Part shown: positions 30,364 to 39,244 of the stretch, piece by piece | Layout: each line of letters begins with the position of its first letter | How positions within the stretch are numbered: position 1 is the stretch's first letter | IMG/VR virus record: IMGVR_UViG_3300021963_006915 | Span: 37,378 to 101,377 of that record | Strand: one strand, 5' to 3' | Source: a virus | Lineage: Duplodnaviria; Caudoviricetes | DNA: 64,000 nucleotides | The notes under the pieces: generated by a model | Databases searched by the model: none | Seen by the model: the letters and a program-made list of their open reading frames with translations, nothing else | Told to the model about the DNA's origin: nothing | Made by a program: the position numbers and the translations under genes

Positions 30364-31027
30364 AATCGTATTTAAAAAATGGAGATAACATTTCTCTGGA
30401 GTGCATATGTGAACTTCTGCCAGGTATACTGGATGCAATTTTTCTATTTTTTATTGATCTTAATTCTTTAAATGACAAATAGTCCCACCATCCTACAGAA
30501 CATTCGTTATAAAATTTTATCCAAACATCATAATCTTCTTTAATAGTCTTTTTCTTACAAGCAAATGTTCCGGTTGTGGAATTAGTATATTTCCAGTGTG
30601 AATTGTTGGTTTTAAATAAAATAGTTTGTTCTCCAATACCAACAATTTCTGGATTTGGTCCTTCCATGTATTTATCCGGATGATCATATAAAGTAACATA
30701 GTCGGCATGTTGTAATCCTTCATCCAATAATATATTACAATCATTGGTGTGTATATAATCGTCTTCTACAAGATACAGCGTATCATCATTATCAAAATTG
30801 TTTACGCAAAAATTAAGTTTATCGATAAAATATTGAGTTTTGCCCCGCAACTTATTTTCATAAAACGTTAGATTAAAAGACTTTATATAATTTTCTAATT
30901 CTAGACTTAGATTATCACCTAGAACATACAATTCATCATTTTTAAACGATCTGTGTAAGTTGTCAAAAATTTTTGATTTGGAACACTTAGTATTGCTAGT
31001 GTCACATATAGTTAAAATAACTTTCAT
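30347..31027 (-). CDS. GT-A glycosyltransferase-like protein
   Basis: YLVEDDYIH, YVTLYDHPDKY and STTGTF motifs; start at 31027. Confidence 0.7.
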   Translation of the reverse strand: MKVILTICDTSNTKCSKSKIFDNLHRSFKNDELYVLGDNLSLELENYIKSFNLTFYENKLRGKTQYFIDKLNFCVNNFDNDDTLYLVEDDYIHTNDCNILLDEGLQHADYVTLYDHPDKYMEGPNPEIVGIGEQTILFKTNNSHWKYTNSTTGTFACKKKTIKEDYDVWIKFYNECSVGWWDYLSFKELRSIKNRKIASSIPGRSSHMHSREMLSPFFKYDYDSFI

Positions 31028-31089
31028 AATAATACGTAGTTCATTCAATCTTTTCTTTAAAAACAATTTTATCTTATATATTTATAAGT

Positions 31090-31596
31090 ATGTCTAAAAT
31101 AAACGAACTTGGTGACCTAGGCGACAGAATGATGCAAGGATTACCTTATGGTCAAGGTGGCGCCATTGCTGGTGCTGTAGAACCAGGCGTTTTGGATACA
31201 TTTAGCAGTCCGGATGTAGTTCAAGATCTCAATAAATTTGGTACTATGGTTGATAAATCCAACCTTACAGCCAAACAAACTCAAGCCAATATTTCTCCTT
31301 TTGCTCCTTATAATGGTAAAGATCCATGGGATTATGTAAAAGATGTAGAACAAATCAAGTATAAGGTTACCCCAGATGAAATTATCATGGGTATTGACTA
31401 TGAAATGAAAAAACTTGTACTAAAAGATAAACAAGTTGCCAAACAGAAGGTTGTTACTAATCTAAAGAAAGACCCTAAATATTATAGTAAACTCCATATG
31501 ATGGGTGTATACCCAGATGATAAAGAGGAAGCATTAATGGAGATTATGACCACTTTAAAGGCTAGAAAGTACGCACAACAAAGAAGAGAGTATTAA
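31090..31596 (+). CDS. putative internal head protein with DUF5661-like module
   Basis: GIDYEM...NLKKDPKYYSKL resembles the module in the next large ORF; upstream TATTTAT motif. Confidence 0.55.
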   Translation: MSKINELGDLGDRMMQGLPYGQGGAIAGAVEPGVLDTFSSPDVVQDLNKFGTMVDKSNLTAKQTQANISPFAPYNGKDPWDYVKDVEQIKYKVTPDEIIMGIDYEMKKLVLKDKQVAKQKVVTNLKKDPKYYSKLHMMGVYPDDKEEALMEIMTTLKARKYAQQRREY

Positions 31597-31597
31597 T

Positions 31598-31801
31598 ATG
31601 GGTAATTTTGCTAATGATAAACCAACATATCGTAAACCAGAACCATTAAAGGGTGGTTGGAATTATATAGGTGATGGTAAATTTCATGACCCAAGTGTTG
31701 GTAGTCCAGTTATGAGAGGTCGTAGATGGATGATTGATTATGGATATGGTAGTGGTAAAGGATTTGAAAAATTTCAACAAGGATTAAAGAAAAATGATTA
31801 A
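31598..31801 (+). CDS. small Gly-rich hypothetical protein
   Basis: 67-aa ORF tightly coupled to both neighbours. Confidence 0.55.
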   Translation: MGNFANDKPTYRKPEPLKGGWNYIGDGKFHDPSVGSPVMRGRRWMIDYGYGSGKGFEKFQQGLKKND

Positions 31802-33788
31802 CAATTTAGTAAAATTACCAGGCGGAGTTGGAGATAAATCTACAACTGATCAAGTTGATCCAACCCAATTAAGTATTGGTATACAGATTGAAATGGAACA
31901 TACCAATGATTTAGATATTGCAAAAGAAATTGCTATGGATCATTTAACCGAAGATCCTAAGTATTATACAAAATTAGTTAATGCTGGATTGGCCAAGGAA
32001 TTTCAAGCAGGTACTGGTTCTGGTGTTGGCGATCCAACTACTAGTTTGAATGATCCAGCAAGAATTGGTACAGGTGGATTAAAAAAAGGAAATATGCACG
32101 GATCAATAGGCGGAACTTCTGATGGTCAAGTCGATGGTAGACGAAGTGAACCCGTTTTAAATAAGACTATTGATGTAGAACTTGAAGAACAAGTCTTTAG
32201 TAGTTTAGAAGAAGCTTTATTAGACGAAAAGAAAAGAAGAAAGAAGGGCAAAGGTAAAAGAAAACCAAAGCCAACCAATCCTGCTTTATGGGCTAGAGCT
32301 AAATCAGCCGCTCGTTCAAAATTTGATGTATATCCGTGTGTACCATTGGATAGTAAAGCGTTAACAAAAAACGGATGGAAATCATATGAAGAATTAAATA
32401 AAGGAGAGTTAATTCTTACATATAATATAGAAAAAGATGAACTGGAGTGGAAACCAATTATAAATCTTAATTTTTTTGAAAGCGCCGAGATGATGAGAAT
32501 GTATAAACCAACCGGATTTTCAATCAAATGTACACCTAATCATAAATGGGTAGTTAGAAGAGGCAATGATTATTCTACTACAGAATTAATTGAAACCAAA
32601 GATTTGCCAAAAAGATCTAGGATCGTAATGTGTGCTGAATTAAAAACAGAAAATAAAATTTTATTAGAAGATTTTTCAAAATTTGACAATTGGACTGAAA
32701 ATGTAATTAATATGAATTCAGATCAAAGAAAAGCATTTTTAGCCGCATCAATAATATATGATGGTTGGGATAAAGGTACATCTTCTAAAATAGAAGGACG
32801 ACATACATTTGGATTTGTACAAAAAAATTCAGATCATTTAGATGCTGGATTACTCGCAGCTTATCTAAGTGGTTACTACGTTTCAGTAAATGATAGAGAT
32901 TATATTACATCTGCTAATTTTATTAGAAATAAAAAATATCATTCGGTTCAAAATATTAAATTTGAAAAAGTTGAAAACGAAGATGTATGGTGTCCAACAA
33001 CTGAAAATAATACTTGGGTTATGTATCAAAATGGTTTGATAACAATAACAGGTAATTCAGCTTATGCCAATGGATGGGCAGCTAAATGGTACAAGAGTAA
33101 AGGTGGTGGTTGGAGAATGAGTGAAGATGTTGATGAAAGTGTTGTTGGTCAAGTGTTTGATGGATCATCACCAACTGACGCTTCATGTGATGGTGTTGGA
33201 ACCTATGGAAGCGGATATGATTTTGTCGGATATGCAGAAAGCAAAAAATCTATGAAAAAAGAACAATTAAGAAACATTATTAAAAACCTAATCAAAGAGT
33301 CAATTAACGAAATTGAACAAGAAGCTGATATCACTGATATGGAAACAGAAATGCCTGGTGATTCAACTGATGGTGGTGAAACCAAGACTCAAGATATCAA
33401 ATTAACTTTGGATCGTGAAACAGCACAAAAACTTCATGATTTGTTGATGGCACAACTTGCCACTTCAAATGATACTGAAGGTGGTGTTGAACAACCAGTT
33501 GCGCAAGATATGGATAATGATCAACTACCACCTAGTATGGAAGCTGGTCAAGAAGACGAACTTGGTGAAATTACATTTGAACAATCGAAGGAAATTGAAG
33601 AAACCAAAAAGAAGTGGATTCAAAATGCAATCAAGCCAGGCAAAAAAGGTGCGCTTCATAAACAACTAGGAGTTTCACAAGGTGAAAAAATTCCAACAGA
33701 TAAGTTAGCAACTGCTGCAAAAAAGGGTGGTAAGGTTGGTCAACGTGCTAGACTAGCAATGACATTAAAGAAGTTAAAGAAGAAATAA
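31794..33788 (+). CDS. modular putative internal head polyprotein (DUF5661-like + basic modules) containing an intein
   Basis: GIQIEMEHT...MDHLTEDPKYY; KPTNPALW...KFDVYP|SAYANGWAAKWY split by the intein; C-terminal KWIQNAIK..GALH...RARLA module. Confidence 0.7.
   Translation: MINNLVKLPGGVGDKSTTDQVDPTQLSIGIQIEMEHTNDLDIAKEIAMDHLTEDPKYYTKLVNAGLAKEFQAGTGSGVGDPTTSLNDPARIGTGGLKKGNMHGSIGGTSDGQVDGRRSEPVLNKTIDVELEEQVFSSLEEALLDEKKRRKKGKGKRKPKPTNPALWARAKSAARSKFDVYPCVPLDSKALTKNGWKSYEELNKGELILTYNIEKDELEWKPIINLNFFESAEMMRMYKPTGFSIKCTPNHKWVVRRGNDYSTTELIETKDLPKRSRIVMCAELKTENKILLEDFSKFDNWTENVINMNSDQRKAFLAASIIYDGWDKGTSSKIEGRHTFGFVQKNSDHLDAGLLAAYLSGYYVSVNDRDYITSANFIRNKKYHSVQNIKFEKVENEDVWCPTTENNTWVMYQNGLITITGNSAYANGWAAKWYKSKGGGWRMSEDVDESVVGQVFDGSSPTDASCDGVGTYGSGYDFVGYAESKKSMKKEQLRNIIKNLIKESINEIEQEADITDMETEMPGDSTDGGETKTQDIKLTLDRETAQKLHDLLMAQLATSNDTEGGVEQPVAQDMDNDQLPPSMEAGQEDELGEITFEQSKEIEETKKKWIQNAIKPGKKGALHKQLGVSQGEKIPTDKLATAAKKGGKVGQRARLAMTLKKLKKK
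32337..33056 (+). mobile_element. intein (240 aa) with degenerate LAGLIDADG region
   Basis: Begins CVPLDSKALTKNGW; block B CTPNHKW; AFLAASIIYDG; ends VWCPTTENNTWV...ITGN followed by Ser(+1). Confidence 0.88.
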
Positions 33789-33797
33789 TATAATCAT

Positions 33798-35261
33798 ATG
33801 CCTCTCTTCAAGATTAGACACACAGGACAATTAGGGTTTTTCTCTGATAAAGCAAGACCCTCACCTGACATGTATAATGATAAGTCTTATTATTTCTTGC
33901 AAATAGTAGATCCTATCAATACTGATTGGGATATCGCTACATTACCACGTTATTATAAGTTTACTGGTGATCAAGCTAGATATTCCGCGTCTGAGTTGTT
34001 ACCAATACAAACCAAGGACTTGAAAAAGGCACAGAAGAATAATACGATGGACCAATTGTTGGCTCCAGATTCTATTAATGAAAATGCAGAAATGGCTCAA
34101 AGTGATATCACCAAACTAATTGATTATAGTGAAAAACTACAATCTATGTTTAGTGTAAATGATAATCTAGAAGATTGGGTCAAAGCTAAGTTAAATCATG
34201 CCGCTGATTATGTAGCAACCATTCGTGATTACTTGAAATTTTATCGTGATGAAAAGGAAGCTGGTACTTCCGATGATCAAATAGATGAAAAGTGGTCAAT
34301 GAACTATAAGAAACGTATCAATTGTAATAATCCAAAGGGTTTTAGTCAGAAAGCACATTGCAGAGCCAGAAAGTTAAGACAATCTGGCCACGCTACAAAA
34401 AGCAAACCAGTAAGAGAAGTATATAAAGAAGTTACATCCCAACTATTGAAAGAATTCGATAGTAGCATGGCTATGGGTGCTTTAAAGCAAATCAATAGTG
34501 ACGCAATAGAATTAGAAGGGATGTTGCAACCAGACTCTGAGCTGGAGGATTGGGTAAAAGCTAAGTTGAACTTGGCTGGTGAATATTTGGATGATGTTTA
34601 TCATCATCTAGACCATTTTGGTCCACAAGGTAGAAAGTTTGACGAAGTTAAAATTGCTCACGATCTTGAAGAAGGTTGGAAGGATTGGGTTGCTGCAGGC
34701 GCAATTGGTCTTGGCGCAATGTCTGGTAAAGTAGATGCATCAAAAATAAATCCAGCAAATCAACCTGCTATAACACAAACAGCTCAAAAATCTGCTGGAT
34801 CTTTTATCGACTACATCAAGAAGGTAGAAAACCAAGGTAAGGTTGGATATAATGCTGAAAAGAAACTATGGTTTCCTCATAAAAGTTTTGAGGGTGGTAG
34901 TGATACGATTGGATATGGTCATAAAATACAAAAAGGAGAAGACTTTAGCAATGGTATAACAGATGCTCAAGCTGAATCTCTATTAAAGACAGATTTAGCA
35001 AAAGCAAAACAACAGGTTTATAAAGAGATTGGTGGTATTAAATTGACTCCTCAACAAGAAGAAATGTTTGTTGACTTTGTATTCAATATGGGCACATTGA
35101 AGAAATTTCCTAAGTTTACTGAATTTGCATTAAAAAATGACTTGGAAGGTATGAAGAGTCAGTATAAGAGATATGCTGGTGGTAAAGAGTTAAAAGGTAG
35201 AAACTCAGCATTCTTGAAGAGATTCTTGGCTGAGTATTTTGGTTTCGATTACTACTTTTAA
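33798..35261 (+). CDS. modular virion protein with duplicated helical module, Cys module and C-terminal GH24-like lysozyme
   Basis: Two copies of LEDWVKAKLN; KWS...INCNNPKGFSQKAHC; KKVE...DTIGYGH...FVFNMG...GR lysozyme motifs. Confidence 0.75.
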   Translation: MPLFKIRHTGQLGFFSDKARPSPDMYNDKSYYFLQIVDPINTDWDIATLPRYYKFTGDQARYSASELLPIQTKDLKKAQKNNTMDQLLAPDSINENAEMAQSDITKLIDYSEKLQSMFSVNDNLEDWVKAKLNHAADYVATIRDYLKFYRDEKEAGTSDDQIDEKWSMNYKKRINCNNPKGFSQKAHCRARKLRQSGHATKSKPVREVYKEVTSQLLKEFDSSMAMGALKQINSDAIELEGMLQPDSELEDWVKAKLNLAGEYLDDVYHHLDHFGPQGRKFDEVKIAHDLEEGWKDWVAAGAIGLGAMSGKVDASKINPANQPAITQTAQKSAGSFIDYIKKVENQGKVGYNAEKKLWFPHKSFEGGSDTIGYGHKIQKGEDFSNGITDAQAESLLKTDLAKAKQQVYKEIGGIKLTPQQEEMFVDFVFNMGTLKKFPKFTEFALKNDLEGMKSQYKRYAGGKELKGRNSAFLKRFLAEYFGFDYYF

Positions 35262-35262
35262 T

Positions 35263-35517
35263 ATGAATAGTTATCCATCATTTGACCCATATCAAATGTT
35301 GATGCGCCGTAAGCAGATGCAGGACAATCCACAAGATTTTCCTGTGATGGAATATGATCCTAGAGATGTTCAAGAACTAGAAGAGTTTTGTAGACAATAT
35401 AATATATTGGGATTTAATTTTGGTAAAATGAATCCCAAAGCAGCATTGAGTATGTTGAAGAAAAAAGTTGGTGTAGTCTCAGAACATAAGTCTAATAAAA
35501 TAATGCTACACGACTGA
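35263..35517 (+). CDS. hypothetical protein
   Basis: ATG 1 nt after the upstream stop; MNSYPSFDPY... Confidence 0.6.
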   Translation: MNSYPSFDPYQMLMRRKQMQDNPQDFPVMEYDPRDVQELEEFCRQYNILGFNFGKMNPKAALSMLKKKVGVVSEHKSNKIMLHD

Positions 35518-35540
35518 TATTATATAGTTATAGTTGTTAT

Positions 35541-36923
35541 ATGATACGATTAGTTGATGTTAAATATGATCCAATTTCTATAGAAATTCATGTTTCCGAA
35601 TCTAGTACACATGAGCCTGTTTTATTTTTGTGGGAAGATCCATTTACAAAAATCCCACATCATGTTGATCTTGTAGACATGATACCTAAGAATAATTTCT
35701 ATTCAAAACTAAACAGAGGAACAAATCACTTTCAAAGCAATTTGGTTTTTAAAATAATATCAATAAAAAATTACGAGGTTCTTTTCAGTCATGAAATTAA
35801 AAAGTTGGACTTTTTAAATAGTAAAAAAATCTTGTATATATCTCAAAATAACTATAGTGGTTATAGTTATGCTGCACGAAATTACATATATCAACTATTA
35901 AAATCGGGATATGAGGTACAATGGTGTGTTGATAAATTTGGTAAATCTACATACAAACCATGTAACAAAGAAGAAGAATTGGTATTTGAGTGTATCAATA
36001 AAAATATAGATTATGAATGTGTTATTATTCATCATGTTCCAGATGCGTGGAATGGTATTTTACAAACACTTCCTAGAAATAAAAAGTTTTATGGTTTGAC
36101 CGTTTGGGAAACAACTCTATTACACAGAGATTGGGTTAACATGATAAATAATAGTGTGGATGAAGTTATAGTACCATCAACTTTCAATAAAAATGTATTT
36201 AAAAATAGTGGGATTAATAAAAAAATAAATGTCTGGTATCATGACATATTTCCATTTTGTAAAAACGAACGTATAAATGTTGATAATATTTTCGACAAAT
36301 TTTTGCTTTATAAGTCAAATAAATTTGTAAAAGATAGTGGTGCAATAAAAGACATAATAAAAAATAAAACTATCTACTATAACATCAGTCAGTACAATGA
36401 ACGTAAAAATATAACTCAAGTTATAAGAACGTTTTGCAAAAAATTTAAAAGTGACGACAATGTATGTTTATTTATAAAAACGTTTTTTAGATCGTTTTCT
36501 AGAAATGAAATAGAGGTTTTAAAGTATAATTTTACGGAATTATTAAAAAATTTTGATAATATACCAGATATAATATTTTGTTTTGATGATTTAAATGATG
36601 ATGAAATAAATGTAATACATGAATTTGGAGATGTATATTTTACCTTGAACAGAGGTGAAGGATTTGGATTATGTACATACACTGCGAAAAAAATTGGTAA
36701 TAAAATTATCTGTGGTAAATTTGGAGCAGAACGAGAGTTTTTAAATGAGAGTGTTGATATATTAATTAATTACACTTTAACCACACCATTCAATATGGAA
36801 ATCTATCATAACTGGTATAACGATGATAAACAAAGATGGGCATCTTATGATGATGATGATGTTATTAGTAAATTACAATATTTTCGAAAAACAATAAAAC
36901 AATCATATAATTATGAAAAATAA
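35541..36923 (+). CDS. GT4-like glycosyltransferase with N-terminal extension
   Basis: SGYSYAA, TVWET, IVPS, RKN and RGEGFGL motifs; paralog of 14625..16040. Confidence 0.85.
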   Translation: MIRLVDVKYDPISIEIHVSESSTHEPVLFLWEDPFTKIPHHVDLVDMIPKNNFYSKLNRGTNHFQSNLVFKIISIKNYEVLFSHEIKKLDFLNSKKILYISQNNYSGYSYAARNYIYQLLKSGYEVQWCVDKFGKSTYKPCNKEEELVFECINKNIDYECVIIHHVPDAWNGILQTLPRNKKFYGLTVWETTLLHRDWVNMINNSVDEVIVPSTFNKNVFKNSGINKKINVWYHDIFPFCKNERINVDNIFDKFLLYKSNKFVKDSGAIKDIIKNKTIYYNISQYNERKNITQVIRTFCKKFKSDDNVCLFIKTFFRSFSRNEIEVLKYNFTELLKNFDNIPDIIFCFDDLNDDEINVIHEFGDVYFTLNRGEGFGLCTYTAKKIGNKIICGKFGAEREFLNESVDILINYTLTTPFNMEIYHNWYNDDKQRWASYDDDDVISKLQYFRKTIKQSYNYEK

Positions 36924-37350
36924 GATTAAAACATCGGATGTATTGTTGTTTAGACTACACGAAGGAAAACTTCAAGTACTCTTAACATTAAGAACTCCAG
37001 ATAGTTTTGAGGGAAACAAGTGGTGTATACCAGGCGGTCATATAGATGATGGAGAAATACCTTTGGATGGTGGTGTTAGAGAGTTAAAGGAAGAAACCAA
37101 TGTAGATGTGTCCGCAATTAAAAACCAACTCAACTTGATTGGTATGCATCCTATTAGTACTATCAGAAAGGGTTTTGGAGTTACATATGGATGTATATTA
37201 CCACCAAATTATCCACATACATTAAAACCACAAGATGGAGAAATTTCCGAAGTAAAGTGGCACAATGTAAACGAAATACCCCATGATCAAATGGCCTTCG
37301 ATCACGGGGATATTGTACAACAACTAATTAACAGATTTAAACGAGACTAA
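36913..37350 (+). CDS. NUDIX hydrolase
   Basis: PGGHIDDGE...RELKEET Nudix box; MAFDH. Confidence 0.92.
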   Translation: MKNKIKTSDVLLFRLHEGKLQVLLTLRTPDSFEGNKWCIPGGHIDDGEIPLDGGVRELKEETNVDVSAIKNQLNLIGMHPISTIRKGFGVTYGCILPPNYPHTLKPQDGEISEVKWHNVNEIPHDQMAFDHGDIVQQLINRFKRD

Positions 37351-37597
37351 TTTTGTTTGAGTTGTTACCTTTTAATTCTTCTGGCAACAAATCTTCTAAT
37401 ACTGATAGACAGTTAACGCAATATGGAATTGTTACTGGAATCAATGCATCCTTATCAGTACCGGCTAGTATCTTACTAACTCTTCTAAGAATGATTCCGT
37501 TTGAAAATACTTGACCCTTACAATCATTACATGCAACTGGTTGAGTATCTTTGATGCTAAAGTTTAGCTTTGGCGTTTGTGTTTCGAATTTATTCAT
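37337..37597 (-). CDS. small zinc-ribbon protein
   Basis: CxxC (CNDC) and CxxC (CVNC) pairs. Confidence 0.6.
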   Translation of the reverse strand: MNKFETQTPKLNFSIKDTQPVACNDCKGQVFSNGIILRRVSKILAGTDKDALIPVTIPYCVNCLSVLEDLLPEELKGNNSNKISLV

Positions 37598-37600
37598 GAC

Positions 37601-38002
37601 TTAATTTATTCCTTTTCTTTTTTTGTAATCTTCTAACGCGGCATTAAGTGCCTCGGTGGCCAAAACTGAACAGTGAATTTTTACTGGTGGGAGGCCGCCC
37701 AACGCAGTAACAATATCATCATTACTAAAACATCTTTCAAGTTCATCTATTGATTTACCTTTGATTAATGTAGTAGCCATAGATGAGGCCGCTATAGCAC
37801 TACCACATCCAAATGTCTTGAATCTTGCATCCGTTACAGTTCCAGTAACGTCATCAATTTTTAAACTAATTTTCATGATATCACCGCACGCAGCTGCACC
37901 TACTTCACCAACTGCATCTGCGTCTTTTATGTCACCCATATTTCGTGGGTTTATAAAATGATCCATTACGGTTTGATTATACAATGTATAAGTGTCGCTC
38001 AT
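37601..38002 (-). CDS. iscU: Fe-S cluster scaffold IscU/NifU
   Basis: DHFINPRN, ACGD, FGCGSAIAASS and LPPVKIHCS motifs. Confidence 0.93.
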   Translation of the reverse strand: MSDTYTLYNQTVMDHFINPRNMGDIKDADAVGEVGAAACGDIMKISLKIDDVTGTVTDARFKTFGCGSAIAASSMATTLIKGKSIDELERCFSNDDIVTALGGLPPVKIHCSVLATEALNAALEDYKKRKGIN

Positions 38003-38013
38003 ATATTGTATAA

Positions 38014-39144
38014 TTATAGTCCGGCTTGTTTTAAATCATTATCAACCATCTTTTTTACCAATTCTTCAAAGTTTGTTTGTGGTTTCCATCCCAATTCTCT
38101 TCTTGCTTTGGTACTATCTCCTAATAGAATATCTACTTCGGCTGGTCTATAGAACTTTGGATTAATTTTTACCAAGACCGATACAACTGGTTCATATTTA
38201 ATTGCATCTTTGGTGCTGATACTAAATTCTGATCTTTCTGCTTCACCATGCCATGCACCTTCAATACCAGCTGCTTTAAAAGCATACCAAACAAATTCCG
38301 CAATAGTATGTGTTTCATTGCTAGATAGTACATATTCTTCAATTTGCATATTACTATCCATATCAACTCTACATTTTTCTTGATTCAACATCAACCAAAT
38401 ACCTCTTACAAAATCTTCAGCATCACTCCAGTCTCTCTTGGCTTTAACATTGCCCAATTCAATTGGAGCAAATGATTTACCCTCAAGTATTGCTTTTTTA
38501 ATTCTAGCTACACCTTTTGTAATTTTACGTGTAACAAATTCTTCACCTCTACGAGTACCTTCATGATTAAACAATAAACCTTGTACAGCATATAAGTTGT
38601 ATGATTCTCTGTATACTTTAACCAATTGTCTTGATGCGGATTTACTAGCTCCATATGGACTACGGGGTTTGGCTGGATGATTTTCATCTTGTGGACTATA
38701 TGTGACATTACCATATTCTTCACTGCTACCAGCGTTGTAGAATCTACAAGATGGTCTATGTTGTCTAATAGATTCAAGTATATGAATTACAGCGGTGGTA
38801 TTACACTCCCACGTTTGAGCTGGAAAGTCCCAACTACTACCTACGAATGTTTGTGCGGCTAAATTAACAAAATAGTCCGGTTTAAGATCTTGTACAATCT
38901 TATTGATACTATGTACATCACTTAGATCAAAGTTAACTAGTTTGAATCTGTCATTTTTTATATGATCGATGTTTTCGTGGTTTTTTGTACTTAGTCTTCT
39001 AGCACCACCAATTATGAAATGATCTGTGGATTCTAGTAAATAATCAACCAAGTGACTACCATCTTGGCCTGTTACTCCGGTAATAAATACAACTTTGCGA
39101 TTATTAATAAAACCCTGTACGTCTTTGATGTTTAAAACTTCCAT
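38014..39144 (-). CDS. gmd: GDP-mannose 4,6-dehydratase
   Basis: ITGVTGQDGS, PRSPYGASK, LFNHE, FVTRKIT, RDW and YRPAEV motifs. Confidence 0.93.
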   Translation of the reverse strand: MEVLNIKDVQGFINNRKVVFITGVTGQDGSHLVDYLLESTDHFIIGGARRLSTKNHENIDHIKNDRFKLVNFDLSDVHSINKIVQDLKPDYFVNLAAQTFVGSSWDFPAQTWECNTTAVIHILESIRQHRPSCRFYNAGSSEEYGNVTYSPQDENHPAKPRSPYGASKSASRQLVKVYRESYNLYAVQGLLFNHEGTRRGEEFVTRKITKGVARIKKAILEGKSFAPIELGNVKAKRDWSDAEDFVRGIWLMLNQEKCRVDMDSNMQIEEYVLSSNETHTIAEFVWYAFKAAGIEGAWHGEAERSEFSISTKDAIKYEPVVSVLVKINPKFYRPAEVDILLGDSTKARRELGWKPQTNFEELVKKMVDNDLKQAGL

Positions 39145-39244
39145 ATATTAATCCTTATAGATACGTATTTTCGTACACCAATACAACATTATTTTATTTG
39201 AATTAAAATTATAAATCGAATTGGTTATCTGATAGATATATCAT

